Assembly (NCBI GenBank): GCA_035601655.1
Contig: DATNNV010000031.1
Location: 561 to 64,560, forward strand
DNA from: Candidatus Dormiibacterota bacterium
GTDB taxonomy: Bacteria > Acidobacteriota > Terriglobia > Acidiferrales > UBA7541
Length of the DNA stretch: 64,000 nt
Reading direction: 5' to 3'
Positions 37,901 through 48,280 of this stretch are shown piece by piece (the stretch's first letter is position 1; each line of letters begins with the position of its first letter). The position numbers were made by a program, and so were the translations under genes. Under the pieces are notes generated by a model that worked only from the letters and a program-made list of their open reading frames with translations, did not search any database and was not told the origin of the DNA.

Positions 37901-39715
37901 TCAATGCAACTGAAAGTTAAACGTCACAACCGAAATCACTTCGACCGGTTTGCCGTTGATCCAAATGGGCTGCGCGCGCCAATTCTTCACCGTCGTGATC
38001 GCGGCATCTGCGAGCGACGGTTCGCCTTCCAACATTTTCTGCACTTCGACGCGGCCGTCCTTGAGCACGCGGACTTGCAGCTTGACGATGCCATGGACCC
38101 CCGCGCGTTGCGACAGCGACGGATAGGAAGGGGGCGGGCAATACGTGAGCCGCTTGCGAAAATCGATTGGATTTTCGCGCAAGCCGCCTGTGACCGCTAC
38201 TTCCAACGAGTTGATCCAGCTTTCCAGCCAGTCGCTCTTGGCATCGGGCGACTCCGGCGCCACTAATGGCGGTGGCGGCGGTTGTGGTGTGACCGAGGCC
38301 GCCGAAACGGGGACCACATTCTGTAGTCTCAACTGCTGCTCGTGTATCAGCGATTCGCGCAGTGCCGTTTGCGAATCCAAAAACTGCAAACGAATCTTGC
38401 CGCCGGTGGTCCGCAGCCGCAGCGGCGCGCCCCCGCCGTTCAGCGTTCCCACGGCACGAACCGCGGGTGAGCCGTTTGGCTGAACCGGCTGCATCGCCAT
38501 ATGCAAGGAAGGATCCGCCTCAATCCTGTGTATGTCGCCGGAGGTCACCACCGCTTCGATCGTAGCGGCGAGATTGCGCGGGAGGAAAACGATCAAGTCG
38601 CCGTTGCCCGAGGAGAGCTGCGAAGCCCCGGCAAGCTGCACATTTCCACCGGAGGACGGCGAATCTGGGTTGATCCACGCGGTGATCGTGCCTTCCCGCG
38701 TTGACGCTTGCACCGTGCCGGCGACTTTCGTGAGACAAATACTCCCGCTGCTCGATTCCACCTGCATGGGGCCCGAGACGTACAGCACGCGGATGCCACC
38801 GCCGCCCGTTTGCGCGCGTACTGAGCCGCGCACTTCGCCGAAATCAATCTGTCCGCCGCCGGTGCGCACGCTGACAAAACTGTTCGCGCCGCCCACCGTG
38901 ATGTTGCCGCCTGCGGTATCGAGATCTGCGCGCCCGCCGATTTGTCCGGCAACACGAATGTGGCCGCCGCCCGTGCGCAATGACGCGTCGCCGGCGACGT
39001 TTCCGATGATGATGTGTCCGCCCGCGGTAAACGCTGTCAGATCGCCCGCCACGTCCTGCACTTGGATATGTCCACCGTCTGTCTCCAGGCGCGCCACCTG
39101 GTGTCCCGCTGAGCCGGTGCGTGCCCAGTTCACACCGATACTTCCCGCGTGGATGGTACCTCCCTGCGTGGAAAGCACCGCGGTGCCGCCGATATCCGAC
39201 GTGTCGATGTCGCCCCCTTCAGTCTTGATCTCGACGCTGAAGGTTGCAGGCACCGCCACCTCATATTGCACCCAGAATTGCGCGCCCGAAGCGGCGTTGC
39301 GCAGCGCAGGGGAAGGCAGCGCTCCGACAATTTCAATTCCCGTAGGAGTGGTTTTCGCGCGCAGCGAATAGGCCTGCAGCAAACGCTGCGCCAGTGGAGC
39401 GCGCGCGTCCGTTTCGATGTGTACGGAGTACCGCACGGTTGGAGGGGCGCCCGGATCGAGCGGCACGATGCGCACCGAGCCGAGGTCCGTGGTGAGCCGC
39501 AGCGTAAGCTTGTCTTTTGTTTCGAGAACGCCGGTGCGGTCTGCCGCAAAGTGCGCCGGACCCGGCTGCGGGTCCCTCACCGGAGCAACCTCCGCCGTAC
39601 GCTCGCCCGGGCCAGCCAGCGCGATTCCTGCGCCACAGAGCCACGCTGCAGCCGCGCCGCAAAGCACCATGCCCCGCGCCATACGAACTGATTCGTTGAT
39701 GAACAGTCTCTTCAT
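37901..39715 (-). CDS. DUF4097-like beta-repeat protein fused to a TonB C-terminal domain
   Basis: Many TxGGxI repeats, a Pro-rich linker, and PSYPSLSQRAGVHGIVKLQV...AAITTVKNWR...VTFNF. ATG 39715. Confidence 0.8.
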   Translation of the reverse strand: MKRLFINESVRMARGMVLCGAAAAWLCGAGIALAGPGERTAEVAPVRDPQPGPAHFAADRTGVLETKDKLTLRLTTDLGSVRIVPLDPGAPPTVRYSVHIETDARAPLAQRLLQAYSLRAKTTPTGIEIVGALPSPALRNAASGAQFWVQYEVAVPATFSVEIKTEGGDIDTSDIGGTAVLSTQGGTIHAGSIGVNWARTGSAGHQVARLETDGGHIQVQDVAGDLTAFTAGGHIIIGNVAGDASLRTGGGHIRVAGQIGGRADLDTAGGNITVGGANSFVSVRTGGGQIDFGEVRGSVRAQTGGGGIRVLYVSGPMQVESSSGSICLTKVAGTVQASTREGTITAWINPDSPSSGGNVQLAGASQLSSGNGDLIVFLPRNLAATIEAVVTSGDIHRIEADPSLHMAMQPVQPNGSPAVRAVGTLNGGGAPLRLRTTGGKIRLQFLDSQTALRESLIHEQQLRLQNVVPVSAASVTPQPPPPPLVAPESPDAKSDWLESWINSLEVAVTGGLRENPIDFRKRLTYCPPPSYPSLSQRAGVHGIVKLQVRVLKDGRVEVQKMLEGEPSLADAAITTVKNWRAQPIWINGKPVEVISVVTFNFQLH

Positions 39716-39743
39716 TTCAAGCAAGCGTTTTCGGTCCGCCCGG

Positions 39744-40847
39744 TTACTGCAATTCCCGTGGGCCGATCTGGCGCAAAGCCGCGGCACTGCGCAGGCGGAC
39801 ATAGCGGCTGGGGTCCTGCCGCTGCAATCTCTCGAGCGCGCGAAGGGTGCGGTCGACCGAGGCATCTTCCGCAAGAGCGGCGGCATTTGCGTTCTCAGGG
39901 GCCACCATCGCCGCACCGGGCAGCGGCCCACCCGCAGAATCGTGTCCCAGCGAGCGAACCAGTAGATTCACGGCCTCCACGCGTACGCCCGGATTCGCAT
40001 CGCGTTGCAAGACATCGAGCAGCACTTCGCGCACCGGCTCATCGGCCACCGAATCGCGCAGCGCTTCAAGGGCCTTCATGCGCACCGCGGGATTGGAATC
40101 TTTTTGCGCCGCCGTCAGCAGCGCCGTCCGTACTTCGCGTTCGCGTGCCACCGCTTTCAGCGCGTCCAGGCAATCGAGGCGCACACCCGGATCGAAGCGC
40201 TCGCCATTTTCCACTACGTAGGTCAGCACGCGCCGCACGCCCAAATCTTCCAGATTACCGGACATCTCCAGCGGTTCCGCGGCGCTCAACTGCAGCCGCA
40301 CCGTTGCCGACGCCGGGTCACTCGAAGGCAGCACATTCACGCGCGCCACTGCCATATTCGCGAGTTGATCGTTGCTGAGCTTTGGCGCGGCCATCACTTT
40401 CACAGCCTGCCCGTTGGCATCATCCGAATCGCCGGAGTGAATCCACGGAACCACCTGCGTGCCGACCATCACGCCGAAGATGACCAAAAATGCGCCGCTC
40501 CACGCGGGGCGCAGCGCCATCCAGCGCCGCAGCCAGCCTAGCGGCTCCCAGCGCGGTCGCGCAGCTGCCACGGCCATATCATCCAGCTTTTCCGCAAATT
40601 CGCTGCGGCATTGCGCCAGCAAAATTCCTGTCGCGTCGATCTCATCCGCCGCCTGCGCCGCCGCGCCTACAACTTCCGTCAGGCTCTGCTCTTCCGCCAA
40701 CTGCTTCGAGCAAGCGGCGCAAGCCGCCAAATGCGTTGCAATCTGTTGGCGTTCCGATTCCGAAACTTCCTGGCAGACGTAGAAAACCAGTAGCTCCGCC
40801 ACTTCCCGGCAGTTTGCGCCGCTCTTTGGCGCCGGGTTCGGACTCAT
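39744..40847 (-). CDS. zf-HC2 anti-sigma factor with C-terminal HEAT repeats
   Basis: HLAACAAC, one TM helix, and DPGVRLDCLDAL/NPAVRMKALEAL/NPGVRVEAVNLL repeats. Confidence 0.85.
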   Translation of the reverse strand: MSPNPAPKSGANCREVAELLVFYVCQEVSESERQQIATHLAACAACSKQLAEEQSLTEVVGAAAQAADEIDATGILLAQCRSEFAEKLDDMAVAAARPRWEPLGWLRRWMALRPAWSGAFLVIFGVMVGTQVVPWIHSGDSDDANGQAVKVMAAPKLSNDQLANMAVARVNVLPSSDPASATVRLQLSAAEPLEMSGNLEDLGVRRVLTYVVENGERFDPGVRLDCLDALKAVAREREVRTALLTAAQKDSNPAVRMKALEALRDSVADEPVREVLLDVLQRDANPGVRVEAVNLLVRSLGHDSAGGPLPGAAMVAPENANAAALAEDASVDRTLRALERLQRQDPSRYVRLRSAAALRQIGPRELQ

Positions 40848-41518
40848 CGCAGCTCTCCCAGCTCGCTGCGGAGCTTCCGAGTCGCGCGAAACAGCGAATT
40901 CTTAACCGTCTCCTCGGTCGTCCCCAGTGCGTCCCCGATCGCCCGCAGCTTCAGCCCTTGATAGTGCTTCATCTCAAACACGATGCGCTCGCGCGGCGAC
41001 AGCCGCTCCATGGCCCGGGCGATGCGCACGCGAATCTCGTTGCCCATCAGCCGCCGTTCCGGATCCTGCGTGGCACGATACTCTCGCTGCCGCTCGAAAA
41101 AGTCCGTGATGCCGTCCTCATGCGCGGAGTGTACCTCGGGAGCCTGATCTTCGGGGCGGGCTTGCCGGCGACGCAGTTGGTCCAGGCAAACGTTGGTGAC
41201 GATGCGGTACAGCCAGGTATAAAAGCTGCACTCGAAACGGAACCGGTGGAGATTGCGGTAAACCTTCAGGAAGGCTTCCTGATAAACGTCTCGGGCGTCC
41301 TCTGGCCGCTTCATCAGGTTCAGCGCCAGCCGCAGGACGTCGCGGTCGTAGCGGCGCACCAATTCCTCAAACGCAGCGCGGCTACCCGCCTGCGCCTCTG
41401 CCACCAGCGCCCGTTCCTCGAGGTGCGGCAAAGAGGTCACCGCGGCCAAGGCTGCGTCAGTACCGCCCGAACGGCCTGATTCATTAGCCAAAGCCAGAGC
41501 CCACTGAGGGAGCGGCAT
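40844..41518 (-). CDS. ECF RNA polymerase sigma factor
   Basis: AFEELVRRY, DARDVYQEAF, FYTWLYRIVTN and TVKNSLFRA. Confidence 0.93.
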   Translation of the reverse strand: MPLPQWALALANESGRSGGTDAALAAVTSLPHLEERALVAEAQAGSRAAFEELVRRYDRDVLRLALNLMKRPEDARDVYQEAFLKVYRNLHRFRFECSFYTWLYRIVTNVCLDQLRRRQARPEDQAPEVHSAHEDGITDFFERQREYRATQDPERRLMGNEIRVRIARAMERLSPRERIVFEMKHYQGLKLRAIGDALGTTEETVKNSLFRATRKLRSELGELR

Positions 41519-41670
41519 GTTTCGCTTTCTCTTCGTGCGTGGCAGTCTTACTGCTTGTACAGCAGCCTCTTAGCCTCGCATGTGCCTTCAGGCTAAGAGC
41601 CGGACGAAACGTCCTCCAATTTGGACGCACGACCAGACCCCTGGGTGAGCACCGCTTCCCTAACCCTATT

Positions 41671-41696
41671 AACGTTTCGCCTGTGGAATTGTTTCC
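41671..41696 (-). promoter_or_regulatory. Putative ECF-dependent (autoregulatory) promoter
   Basis: Minus strand GGAAAC-N16-CGTT, about 150 nt upstream of the ECF sigma start. Confidence 0.55.
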
Positions 41697-41747
41697 GTCA
41701 AGCTTGGACACTGCGATGCACAGGGGTAGGTCGGGGATGCCCTTGAC

Positions 41748-44700
41748 CTACGCAGTAGTCTCCGCTGGCGCCCGCAGCCAGCCTGCCAGTGGCCACAACA
41801 GCACAAGGACTAGCGCAGCCACAACCGCATACCCGTTTGTCCGATAAAAGCCATCTGGCTGGCGCAGCAATTCGCCCGCTCCGGCCACTAGGGAAAGCAA
41901 CATCAGAATCAGGAAGGAGCCCATTAGATTGAACCGGGCGACGTAGCGCACACCGAACACCACAACCGCCAGGAAAAGGATCTGTGCCGCCAGTTGCTTG
42001 GCAAAGTCGGCGGGATCTCCCCAATGCCCTCCGACCAGAGAAACTGCACCTAGCGCGAAGGCAAGGTAGCGCAGCCATTTCTGCCGCAGCGTGTTGGCCA
42101 CGAAACTCGCCGCCAGCGCCACCAAACCTGACGTCACCAGGCTGTGCTGTAACGCCGCTCCGAGAATCGCTATCGCCGGAACCTTCGCACCGAAGTCCGC
42201 CCCAAATACAGCTTCGGCTGTGCGGTGCGCTGTCGGCCAGTGCTGGGACAGGATTTGCAGCGCGGTTTCGAGTCCTAGCAGTCCCGCAGCGCCGCCGAGC
42301 CCGATCATCAGCGCATCCCGATAGTACGCAGGCGGCATTCGCGTCCAACCGGGCAAGCGCTCCTGCCCAAAGGCGCGCACTGCGAAATACCACGCCATGC
42401 CGAAAACCAGCAGCGCATAGCCGAACACGAACGGTGCTCCCAGCAGCGCGCCAATTCCCAACACTCCGAACATCGTCTTCAAGGGAATGGCAGTGTTGTA
42501 TTGGTTGAGCGCCGTCGCCACCCGATCGCCGAATGCAAACACCATGGCGAACGCCCCCAGGCTCCACAGCGCCCAGCGCGACAAACGCTTCCATGGAATC
42601 GACCGCGCTGCATCCGAACGCAAGTCCTTCAGAAACAAAATGAGGGCTGTGAGTCCAAAGGCACCGGCAAAACCGACGGGAATTCCGTAGTTCGCGAGGG
42701 TCCGGCCAAACGTGAGTTCCTGCCGTTTGCGCCGCCACTCGTCGGGAATTTTTACGAACGTCCAGAACGAGCCGCCCTCTTTTTCTTCCGCTTGTTCCCG
42801 ATCCAGGGGTTTCGGGTAGTACGACGAGCGGTATTCCGTCACTTCATCGCCGATCACCGCCATCTTCAAACGCACATACGCTGGGCTCGAGGGTTCCATC
42901 GACTTGGTATATTCCGTGTAACCATCCAGCGGCGCATTTTGTTGCCACGTCAATTCATGGTCCACGCGGTGCGCCCGCTTGTCCGAGTCTGCCTCCACCA
43001 GCGTCCACTGGTTTAAGTCCATCTTTTTTTGGTTCCGGAGATAAGCCTCCGCTTTGGCCTGGGCTTCTTCTTTGCTCAGCGAAGCGCCCGGCGTTTCTTC
43101 CGCCAATTTGTGGCTGAACGCTAGAAACTCTCCGTCTGGCCCCAGCTTGACGGAATACTCTTCCGGTTGGCTGTCTCGGAAGTAGCGTACCTGCCACACT
43201 GCTCCGGGGACTTCCTTTGCATAGATTTGATTCGTGCGGGCAATGCCCACGCTCTCACGCAGACATTCGTTGACGATTGGATCCGTGAGATTCGCGAAAA
43301 TGGTTACCCGGCGATACCGACTCGGGTCCACTCCGCGGGCTCGCATCACTTCATCCGCTTTCGCTTCCGCGGTCTTGGCGTCCACCGAAAGCTTCAGGTA
43401 GTCTCCGATGGCTTCCGGCTTCAGTCGCCACGCGACCGTACCGCCAACCACGACGCACAGCGCCAGAAATCCGATCATCGCCGGTCGCAGCGCTTCATAT
43501 CGGCCGGTCGCAACAACAGCCTGGGCTGCAGGTCCCGTCTGCAAGGAAATCTCCGGCTTCGGCGCGGCTGCATTTAGGAGATCTGCATCGGCTTCGAAAC
43601 GTCGCCGGGTGAGGTACGAAACCGCCGCGAACAGCAACGGCGCCACCGCCGCTGCTGCCACGAGCCCACCGGAGATCCTGAAGTACCAGCTGTGCGACCG
43701 AATCAGAAACAATCCGACCAGCGAGGCATCTACGGTGTAATGCCAGATCAGTGTCGCCAGAATTCCCCAGCGCAACATCACGATACCCGCCACCACGCCG
43801 AAAAGGCCAATCTCAATCCCGCGGATGTAGGCCGGCTCCTGCGGATAATTGCTGTGCAGAAAACTCCACAGAAACGCCGGAACAATCACCGCAATCCATC
43901 GCGATCCCGTAAGCCTCTTCAAGAAGGGAATTGCGAACAGGCGAAACGTAAATTCTTCGTTCGTCGAAGCCACCAGTCCGATCGCTGCTCCTGAAATCCA
44001 GGGGAACAGCGTATTTATGGAATCTTCATAGTTCAGTTCCTGCGGAGCCCAGGCGCCAAGCCTGCTGGCGATGATGTAAAACCCCACGACGTAACCGATA
44101 TGCACCGCTGCGAGCGATAGTCCCACGATGGCCGCGGAGAAAAATTCCTTCGACCGCAGCCCCCGCAGCGTGAAAGCCTTGTACAGTTGCAGCCGCTCCG
44201 GCTGCGATTCGCGATACAGCGGCTCCGCTGCCGGAAGCACCAGAGTGATCGTGATGGCAGTCACCACCGCGAGCCCCAGCGCTCCGGCAATCCGCAGCGC
44301 CAGGAAAGCTGCGTAGGAACTGTTCGTGTCATAGGTCGCGGCCCAAAGCGGCCAGGTGTTCAGGCCCTGCAAGAACAGTACGACCGCGACAACCAGCCCC
44401 AGGATGATCGCGGTGCGCCACTTCGTCTGCCCCTGCTTGCTCAGCCGAATGCCAAGCCGGACAGCCAACACCAGCAGCAGCAGGTACGGCAGTACGAACG
44501 CCAGCGCCAGCGTGTCGTTGCCCGAACGCATTCGCGCGAAGCCGCGATTCCATTCCTCGGGAACCCGCAGATAGTGCTTCGCCAGGCCAATCCGATCGCC
44601 AAGCACCGTCACCTGCAGCCGGTACGGCGCATCCTTCGCGTGGAAGCCGCGCTTTTCGTAAGTGAACGACCAGTCCGTTCGCTTGGTACGCTTGGTCGAG

Positions 44701-45230
44701 TTCGCTTCTTCCGGCAGCAGCTCCCAGGTATTCAAATCGTCGGCCAGCTTCGCCGCCGCGAACGCCTGCGCAATTCGCAGCGCGGCATCGCGGTCCAGAG
44801 TCGCGCCCGCGCGTGCCTCTTCCAGCCGATGCTCGTAACCCACCACTTGCCCGGCCGGATTCACTCGAACCCGAAATTCTTCTTCCTGCAACGGGCGAAA
44901 AAACCGCACGTCCCAATACCAGACGTTCAGCGTCGAAGACATCAGTTGGTTGGCTTGCTGCAGACCCAGTTCGCGTTCCAGGTACGTCTTCGCGTTCTCG
45001 TCCACGTCGAAAACGATCGCGGACCGGTAGCCCTCGACGTTCTCGCCCAGCCCGGCAATAAATTGTTGCGCCCGCGCTTGCGCTTCGCTCCGCGAAATCT
45101 GGAAATTCACCGAGGCTTCCGGAAACGCCTGAAAATAAAATTTGTACGCGAACAGCGCGCCCAGCACGCCGGCCACCACCCACAACACTAGCGCGCGCTT
45201 ATCTGAACCTGTTAAGCGGTCTCCAGCCAC
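41748..45230 (-). CDS. Large CPBP (CAAX protease/Abi) family intramembrane metalloprotease with internal duplication
   Basis: EEFTFR, FLWSFLH and HYTVD motifs, with two homologous extracytoplasmic-plus-TM modules. Confidence 0.85.
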   Translation of the reverse strand: MAGDRLTGSDKRALVLWVVAGVLGALFAYKFYFQAFPEASVNFQISRSEAQARAQQFIAGLGENVEGYRSAIVFDVDENAKTYLERELGLQQANQLMSSTLNVWYWDVRFFRPLQEEEFRVRVNPAGQVVGYEHRLEEARAGATLDRDAALRIAQAFAAAKLADDLNTWELLPEEANSTKRTKRTDWSFTYEKRGFHAKDAPYRLQVTVLGDRIGLAKHYLRVPEEWNRGFARMRSGNDTLALAFVLPYLLLLVLAVRLGIRLSKQGQTKWRTAIILGLVVAVVLFLQGLNTWPLWAATYDTNSSYAAFLALRIAGALGLAVVTAITITLVLPAAEPLYRESQPERLQLYKAFTLRGLRSKEFFSAAIVGLSLAAVHIGYVVGFYIIASRLGAWAPQELNYEDSINTLFPWISGAAIGLVASTNEEFTFRLFAIPFLKRLTGSRWIAVIVPAFLWSFLHSNYPQEPAYIRGIEIGLFGVVAGIVMLRWGILATLIWHYTVDASLVGLFLIRSHSWYFRISGGLVAAAAVAPLLFAAVSYLTRRRFEADADLLNAAAPKPEISLQTGPAAQAVVATGRYEALRPAMIGFLALCVVVGGTVAWRLKPEAIGDYLKLSVDAKTAEAKADEVMRARGVDPSRYRRVTIFANLTDPIVNECLRESVGIARTNQIYAKEVPGAVWQVRYFRDSQPEEYSVKLGPDGEFLAFSHKLAEETPGASLSKEEAQAKAEAYLRNQKKMDLNQWTLVEADSDKRAHRVDHELTWQQNAPLDGYTEYTKSMEPSSPAYVRLKMAVIGDEVTEYRSSYYPKPLDREQAEEKEGGSFWTFVKIPDEWRRKRQELTFGRTLANYGIPVGFAGAFGLTALILFLKDLRSDAARSIPWKRLSRWALWSLGAFAMVFAFGDRVATALNQYNTAIPLKTMFGVLGIGALLGAPFVFGYALLVFGMAWYFAVRAFGQERLPGWTRMPPAYYRDALMIGLGGAAGLLGLETALQILSQHWPTAHRTAEAVFGADFGAKVPAIAILGAALQHSLVTSGLVALAASFVANTLRQKWLRYLAFALGAVSLVGGHWGDPADFAKQLAAQILFLAVVVFGVRYVARFNLMGSFLILMLLSLVAGAGELLRQPDGFYRTNGYAVVAALVLVLLWPLAGWLRAPAETTA

Positions 45231-45344
45231 AAATCCCTCCCGGAAGATGGCACCAGAAGAGTCACTCTAATGCTACGCGGCGAACCGGTGCAAGTATCGC
45301 CTTAGCAAGGACTTCCGTGCGCCAAATGATATAAAGGAAAGCTC

Positions 45345-47459
45345 ATGCCGATGGGTCTCACTTCGGAAGTTCGCATGATCAAGGGCGTCGGCCCGCAGCG
45401 CGCCGAGCTCCTGGCCAAGCGTGGCATTCACACCCTCGAAGATTTGCTCGCCTATCTTCCGTTCCGCTACGAAGATCGCATCCATTTCACCAACATCAAG
45501 GACGTTCAGCCCAACGATACGTACACCGTTCGCGCCCGTGTCATGAGCGGCCAGGCTGTTCGCAGCATGCGCGGACGCGATGCCATCTACCATCTGCTCG
45601 TGCAGGATGAAACCGGCTCGCTCCCGGTCAAATTCTTTCACGGCGGTTATCTCGAAGGACGCCTCAAGCCCGGCCAGTTGCTCGTCCTGCACGGCAAGGT
45701 TGAAATCGACAAGCTTCGCCCGGCGCGCCGCGAAATGATCAACCCGCAGATGGAGCTGCTGAGCACGGAAGGACTGGACTCGACTGAAGTCGGCCGCATT
45801 GTTCCCATCTACGAAGCCATCGGCACTTTCGGCTCGCGCTCGATTCGCCGCGCCATGTATGCGGCCGTTCAACTAATTGATTCTAGCCTGCCGGAAGTTC
45901 TTACGCCCGAGCTGCGCGCCCGACTCCATTTTCCCTCGCGCCGCGATGCCGTGATTTACACCCATTTTCCGCCGCCCGGCACATCGCTCGATGCGCTCAA
46001 TGCTTTCCGTTCTCCCGCGCAGCAGCGGCTCATTTTCGAGGAATTCTTCCTCTACCAGCTCAGTATGGCGCTCGATCGCAAACAAACCCGCAAGGAAAAC
46101 GCCATCGCCTTCCGCATTCGCGAAGATTCCATCCGCGAAGCTCTCAAGCGCATGTTGCCCTTTAAGCCCACCGGGGCGCAAAAGCGCGTGCTCGCGGAAA
46201 TCGCCGCCGACCTCGAAAAACCAACGCCCATGAATCGCCTGCTGCAAGGCGACGTCGGCAGCGGCAAAACCATCATCGCGCTGCAAGCCGCGGTCATCGC
46301 CATCGAGAACAAGACGCAAGCCGCGCTCATGGCGCCTACCGAAATTCTCGGCGTGCAGCATTTCCTCGGCGCGCGCCGCATTCTCGAACGCTCCGGCTAC
46401 CGCCTCGAGCTACTCATCAGTGGCATGAAGCACGCCGAGAAATCCGCGGCCCTTGCGCGCATCGCCTCCGGCGAAGCGCAGCTCGTCATCGGCACACACG
46501 CGCTGATCGAAGACAACGTCGCCTTCGCCCGCCTCGGCTTCGTGGCTATCGACGAGCAGCACCGCTTCGGTGTCCTCCAGCGCAAGCGCCTGATGGACAA
46601 AGCCGCATCGCACGGCCATGCACCCCATGTCCTGGTGCTAACTGCTACGCCAATTCCGCGCACTCTCTCACTGACGCTCTACGGCGATCTCGACGTCTCC
46701 GTTCTCGACGAGCTTCCGCCCGGCCGCACTCCCATTGTCACTCGCACCACCACCGAGCCGCATCTCCCCGGCGTCTGGGAAGCGCTCCGGCGCGAAGTCG
46801 CCGCCGGCCATCAGGGCTACATCGTGTATCCGGTCATCGAAGAATCGAAACTGGAGCTCAAAGCCGCCATCGACGAATTTGAGCGTCTCTCGAGACAAGT
46901 TTTCCCCAATCTCAAGCTCGGCCTTCTTCACGGCCGGCTTTCCAGCGAAGAAAAAGAAGACGTCATGCAGCGCTTCCGAAAAAACGAAGTGCAAATCCTC
47001 GTCTCCACTACGGTAGTAGAAGTAGGCGTCGACGTTCCCAACGCCACAGTAATGATCATCGAGCACGCCGAGCGTTTCGGCCTCTCTCAATTGCACCAGC
47101 TCCGTGGACGCATCGGCCGCGGCGCTGAAAAATCCCACTGCGTCCTCGTCGCTCCCATCCGCACCACCGAGGAAGCCCGCGCCCGCCTCGACACCATGGT
47201 CCGCACCAACAATGGATTCGAAATCGCCGAAACCGATCTGCAGCTGCGCGGCCCGGGCGAATTCTTCGGCACCCGCCAATCCGGCGACCTCGGCTTCCAG
47301 GTAGCCAACCCGCTCCGCGACCGCGAATTCCTCGAGCAAGCCCGCCGCGAAGCCTTCGCCCTGGCCGAAAACTCCGACCAAGCCGCTACCCTCCAGCGCA
47401 CTTTGCACACCCTCCCCCCACACTGGCAGCGCCGTTACCATCTCGCGAGAGTAGGCTGA
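45345..47459 (+). CDS. recG: ATP-dependent DNA helicase RecG
   Basis: IKGVGP, RLLQGDVGSGKT, DEQHRFGV, TATPIPRTL, QLHQLRGRIGRG and DLQLRGPGE. Confidence 0.97.
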   Translation: MPMGLTSEVRMIKGVGPQRAELLAKRGIHTLEDLLAYLPFRYEDRIHFTNIKDVQPNDTYTVRARVMSGQAVRSMRGRDAIYHLLVQDETGSLPVKFFHGGYLEGRLKPGQLLVLHGKVEIDKLRPARREMINPQMELLSTEGLDSTEVGRIVPIYEAIGTFGSRSIRRAMYAAVQLIDSSLPEVLTPELRARLHFPSRRDAVIYTHFPPPGTSLDALNAFRSPAQQRLIFEEFFLYQLSMALDRKQTRKENAIAFRIREDSIREALKRMLPFKPTGAQKRVLAEIAADLEKPTPMNRLLQGDVGSGKTIIALQAAVIAIENKTQAALMAPTEILGVQHFLGARRILERSGYRLELLISGMKHAEKSAALARIASGEAQLVIGTHALIEDNVAFARLGFVAIDEQHRFGVLQRKRLMDKAASHGHAPHVLVLTATPIPRTLSLTLYGDLDVSVLDELPPGRTPIVTRTTTEPHLPGVWEALRREVAAGHQGYIVYPVIEESKLELKAAIDEFERLSRQVFPNLKLGLLHGRLSSEEKEDVMQRFRKNEVQILVSTTVVEVGVDVPNATVMIIEHAERFGLSQLHQLRGRIGRGAEKSHCVLVAPIRTTEEARARLDTMVRTNNGFEIAETDLQLRGPGEFFGTRQSGDLGFQVANPLRDREFLEQARREAFALAENSDQAATLQRTLHTLPPHWQRRYHLARVG

Positions 47460-47463
47460 TCAA

Positions 47464-47712
47464 ATGACCATTTCCCTTATGCTCTGGATTCGTCTCGCGG
47501 ACGTCTCGCAACCATCTCTGCCGCGCCTCGCCCGCCTAGCTGTGCTATGTCTTCTTCTTGCGACAGGCGTGTGGTCCCTCGTTTCCGCTGTCCGTGAGAA
47601 GAGTTTTCACTGGCGGGGTGGAGGGCCAATGCCCACCTGGCTCGGCCGCACTATGTCGATCCTCTTCGGTCTCTTCCTGATCTGCGTCATTTTCGCGCTT
47701 TGGAATAAATAG
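47464..47712 (+). CDS. Small hypothetical membrane protein
   Basis: 82 aa with two hydrophobic helices, directly after recG. Confidence 0.5.
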   Translation: MTISLMLWIRLADVSQPSLPRLARLAVLCLLLATGVWSLVSAVREKSFHWRGGGPMPTWLGRTMSILFGLFLICVIFALWNK

Positions 47713-47716
47713 CCCC

Positions 47717-48280
47717 TCATGCGCTCACAGCTTCGACTCGCCGTGAACCTGGCCCCGTATTTCCGCTCACCAGATCGGTCAGAACTTCGCGAAGGCGGTA
47801 CCGCGCACGCGATAGACTCGACATCACCGTGCCTACCGGCATGCCCATGATGGCTGCGATTTGTTTGTAGGACATGCCCTCGAGTTCGCGAAGGACGAGT
47901 ACTTCCCGATAATTCGGCGGCAGCTTCTCCAGCGCCTTGTGCACCAGAATCCCGCTGTCGTTTTGCAGTAAAACGTCTTCGGCATTGGCAGCCTCGGAGT
48001 CAGGATGGAAAACGTTCTCGTCAAATTCCGTGGCATCCTGCAGTGGCCGGTTGGTGTGCAACCATGTATAGCAAGTATTGCGGACAATTCTCAGCAGCCA
48101 TGCGCGCGCATCACCGCCGCGGAAGCCCGGAAAGAATCGGAAAGCGCGCAAGGAAGCTTCCTGTACCACGTCTTCGGCGTCCTGCGCGTTGTGTGTCAAC
48201 CATCGGGCGAGGTTGTAGGCGGTATCAAGATGCGGTAAGACCGCCTGCTCAAAGTTCAAAAGGTCCTTGTGCTCGAGCAT
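47717..48280 (-). CDS. ECF RNA polymerase sigma factor (no adjacent anti-sigma)
   Basis: LPHLDTAYNLARWLT, DAEDVVQEA, AWLLRIVRN and GTVMSSLSRAR. Confidence 0.92.
   Translation of the reverse strand: MLEHKDLLNFEQAVLPHLDTAYNLARWLTHNAQDAEDVVQEASLRAFRFFPGFRGGDARAWLLRIVRNTCYTWLHTNRPLQDATEFDENVFHPDSEAANAEDVLLQNDSGILVHKALEKLPPNYREVLVLRELEGMSYKQIAAIMGMPVGTVMSSLSRARYRLREVLTDLVSGNTGPGSRRVEAVSA

Noticed and set aside
41748-45230. CPBP protease as the lasso immunity gene
   Set aside because: About 6 kb away, beyond a bidirectional terminator and an unrelated ECF operon; nothing in the sequence links it to the cluster.
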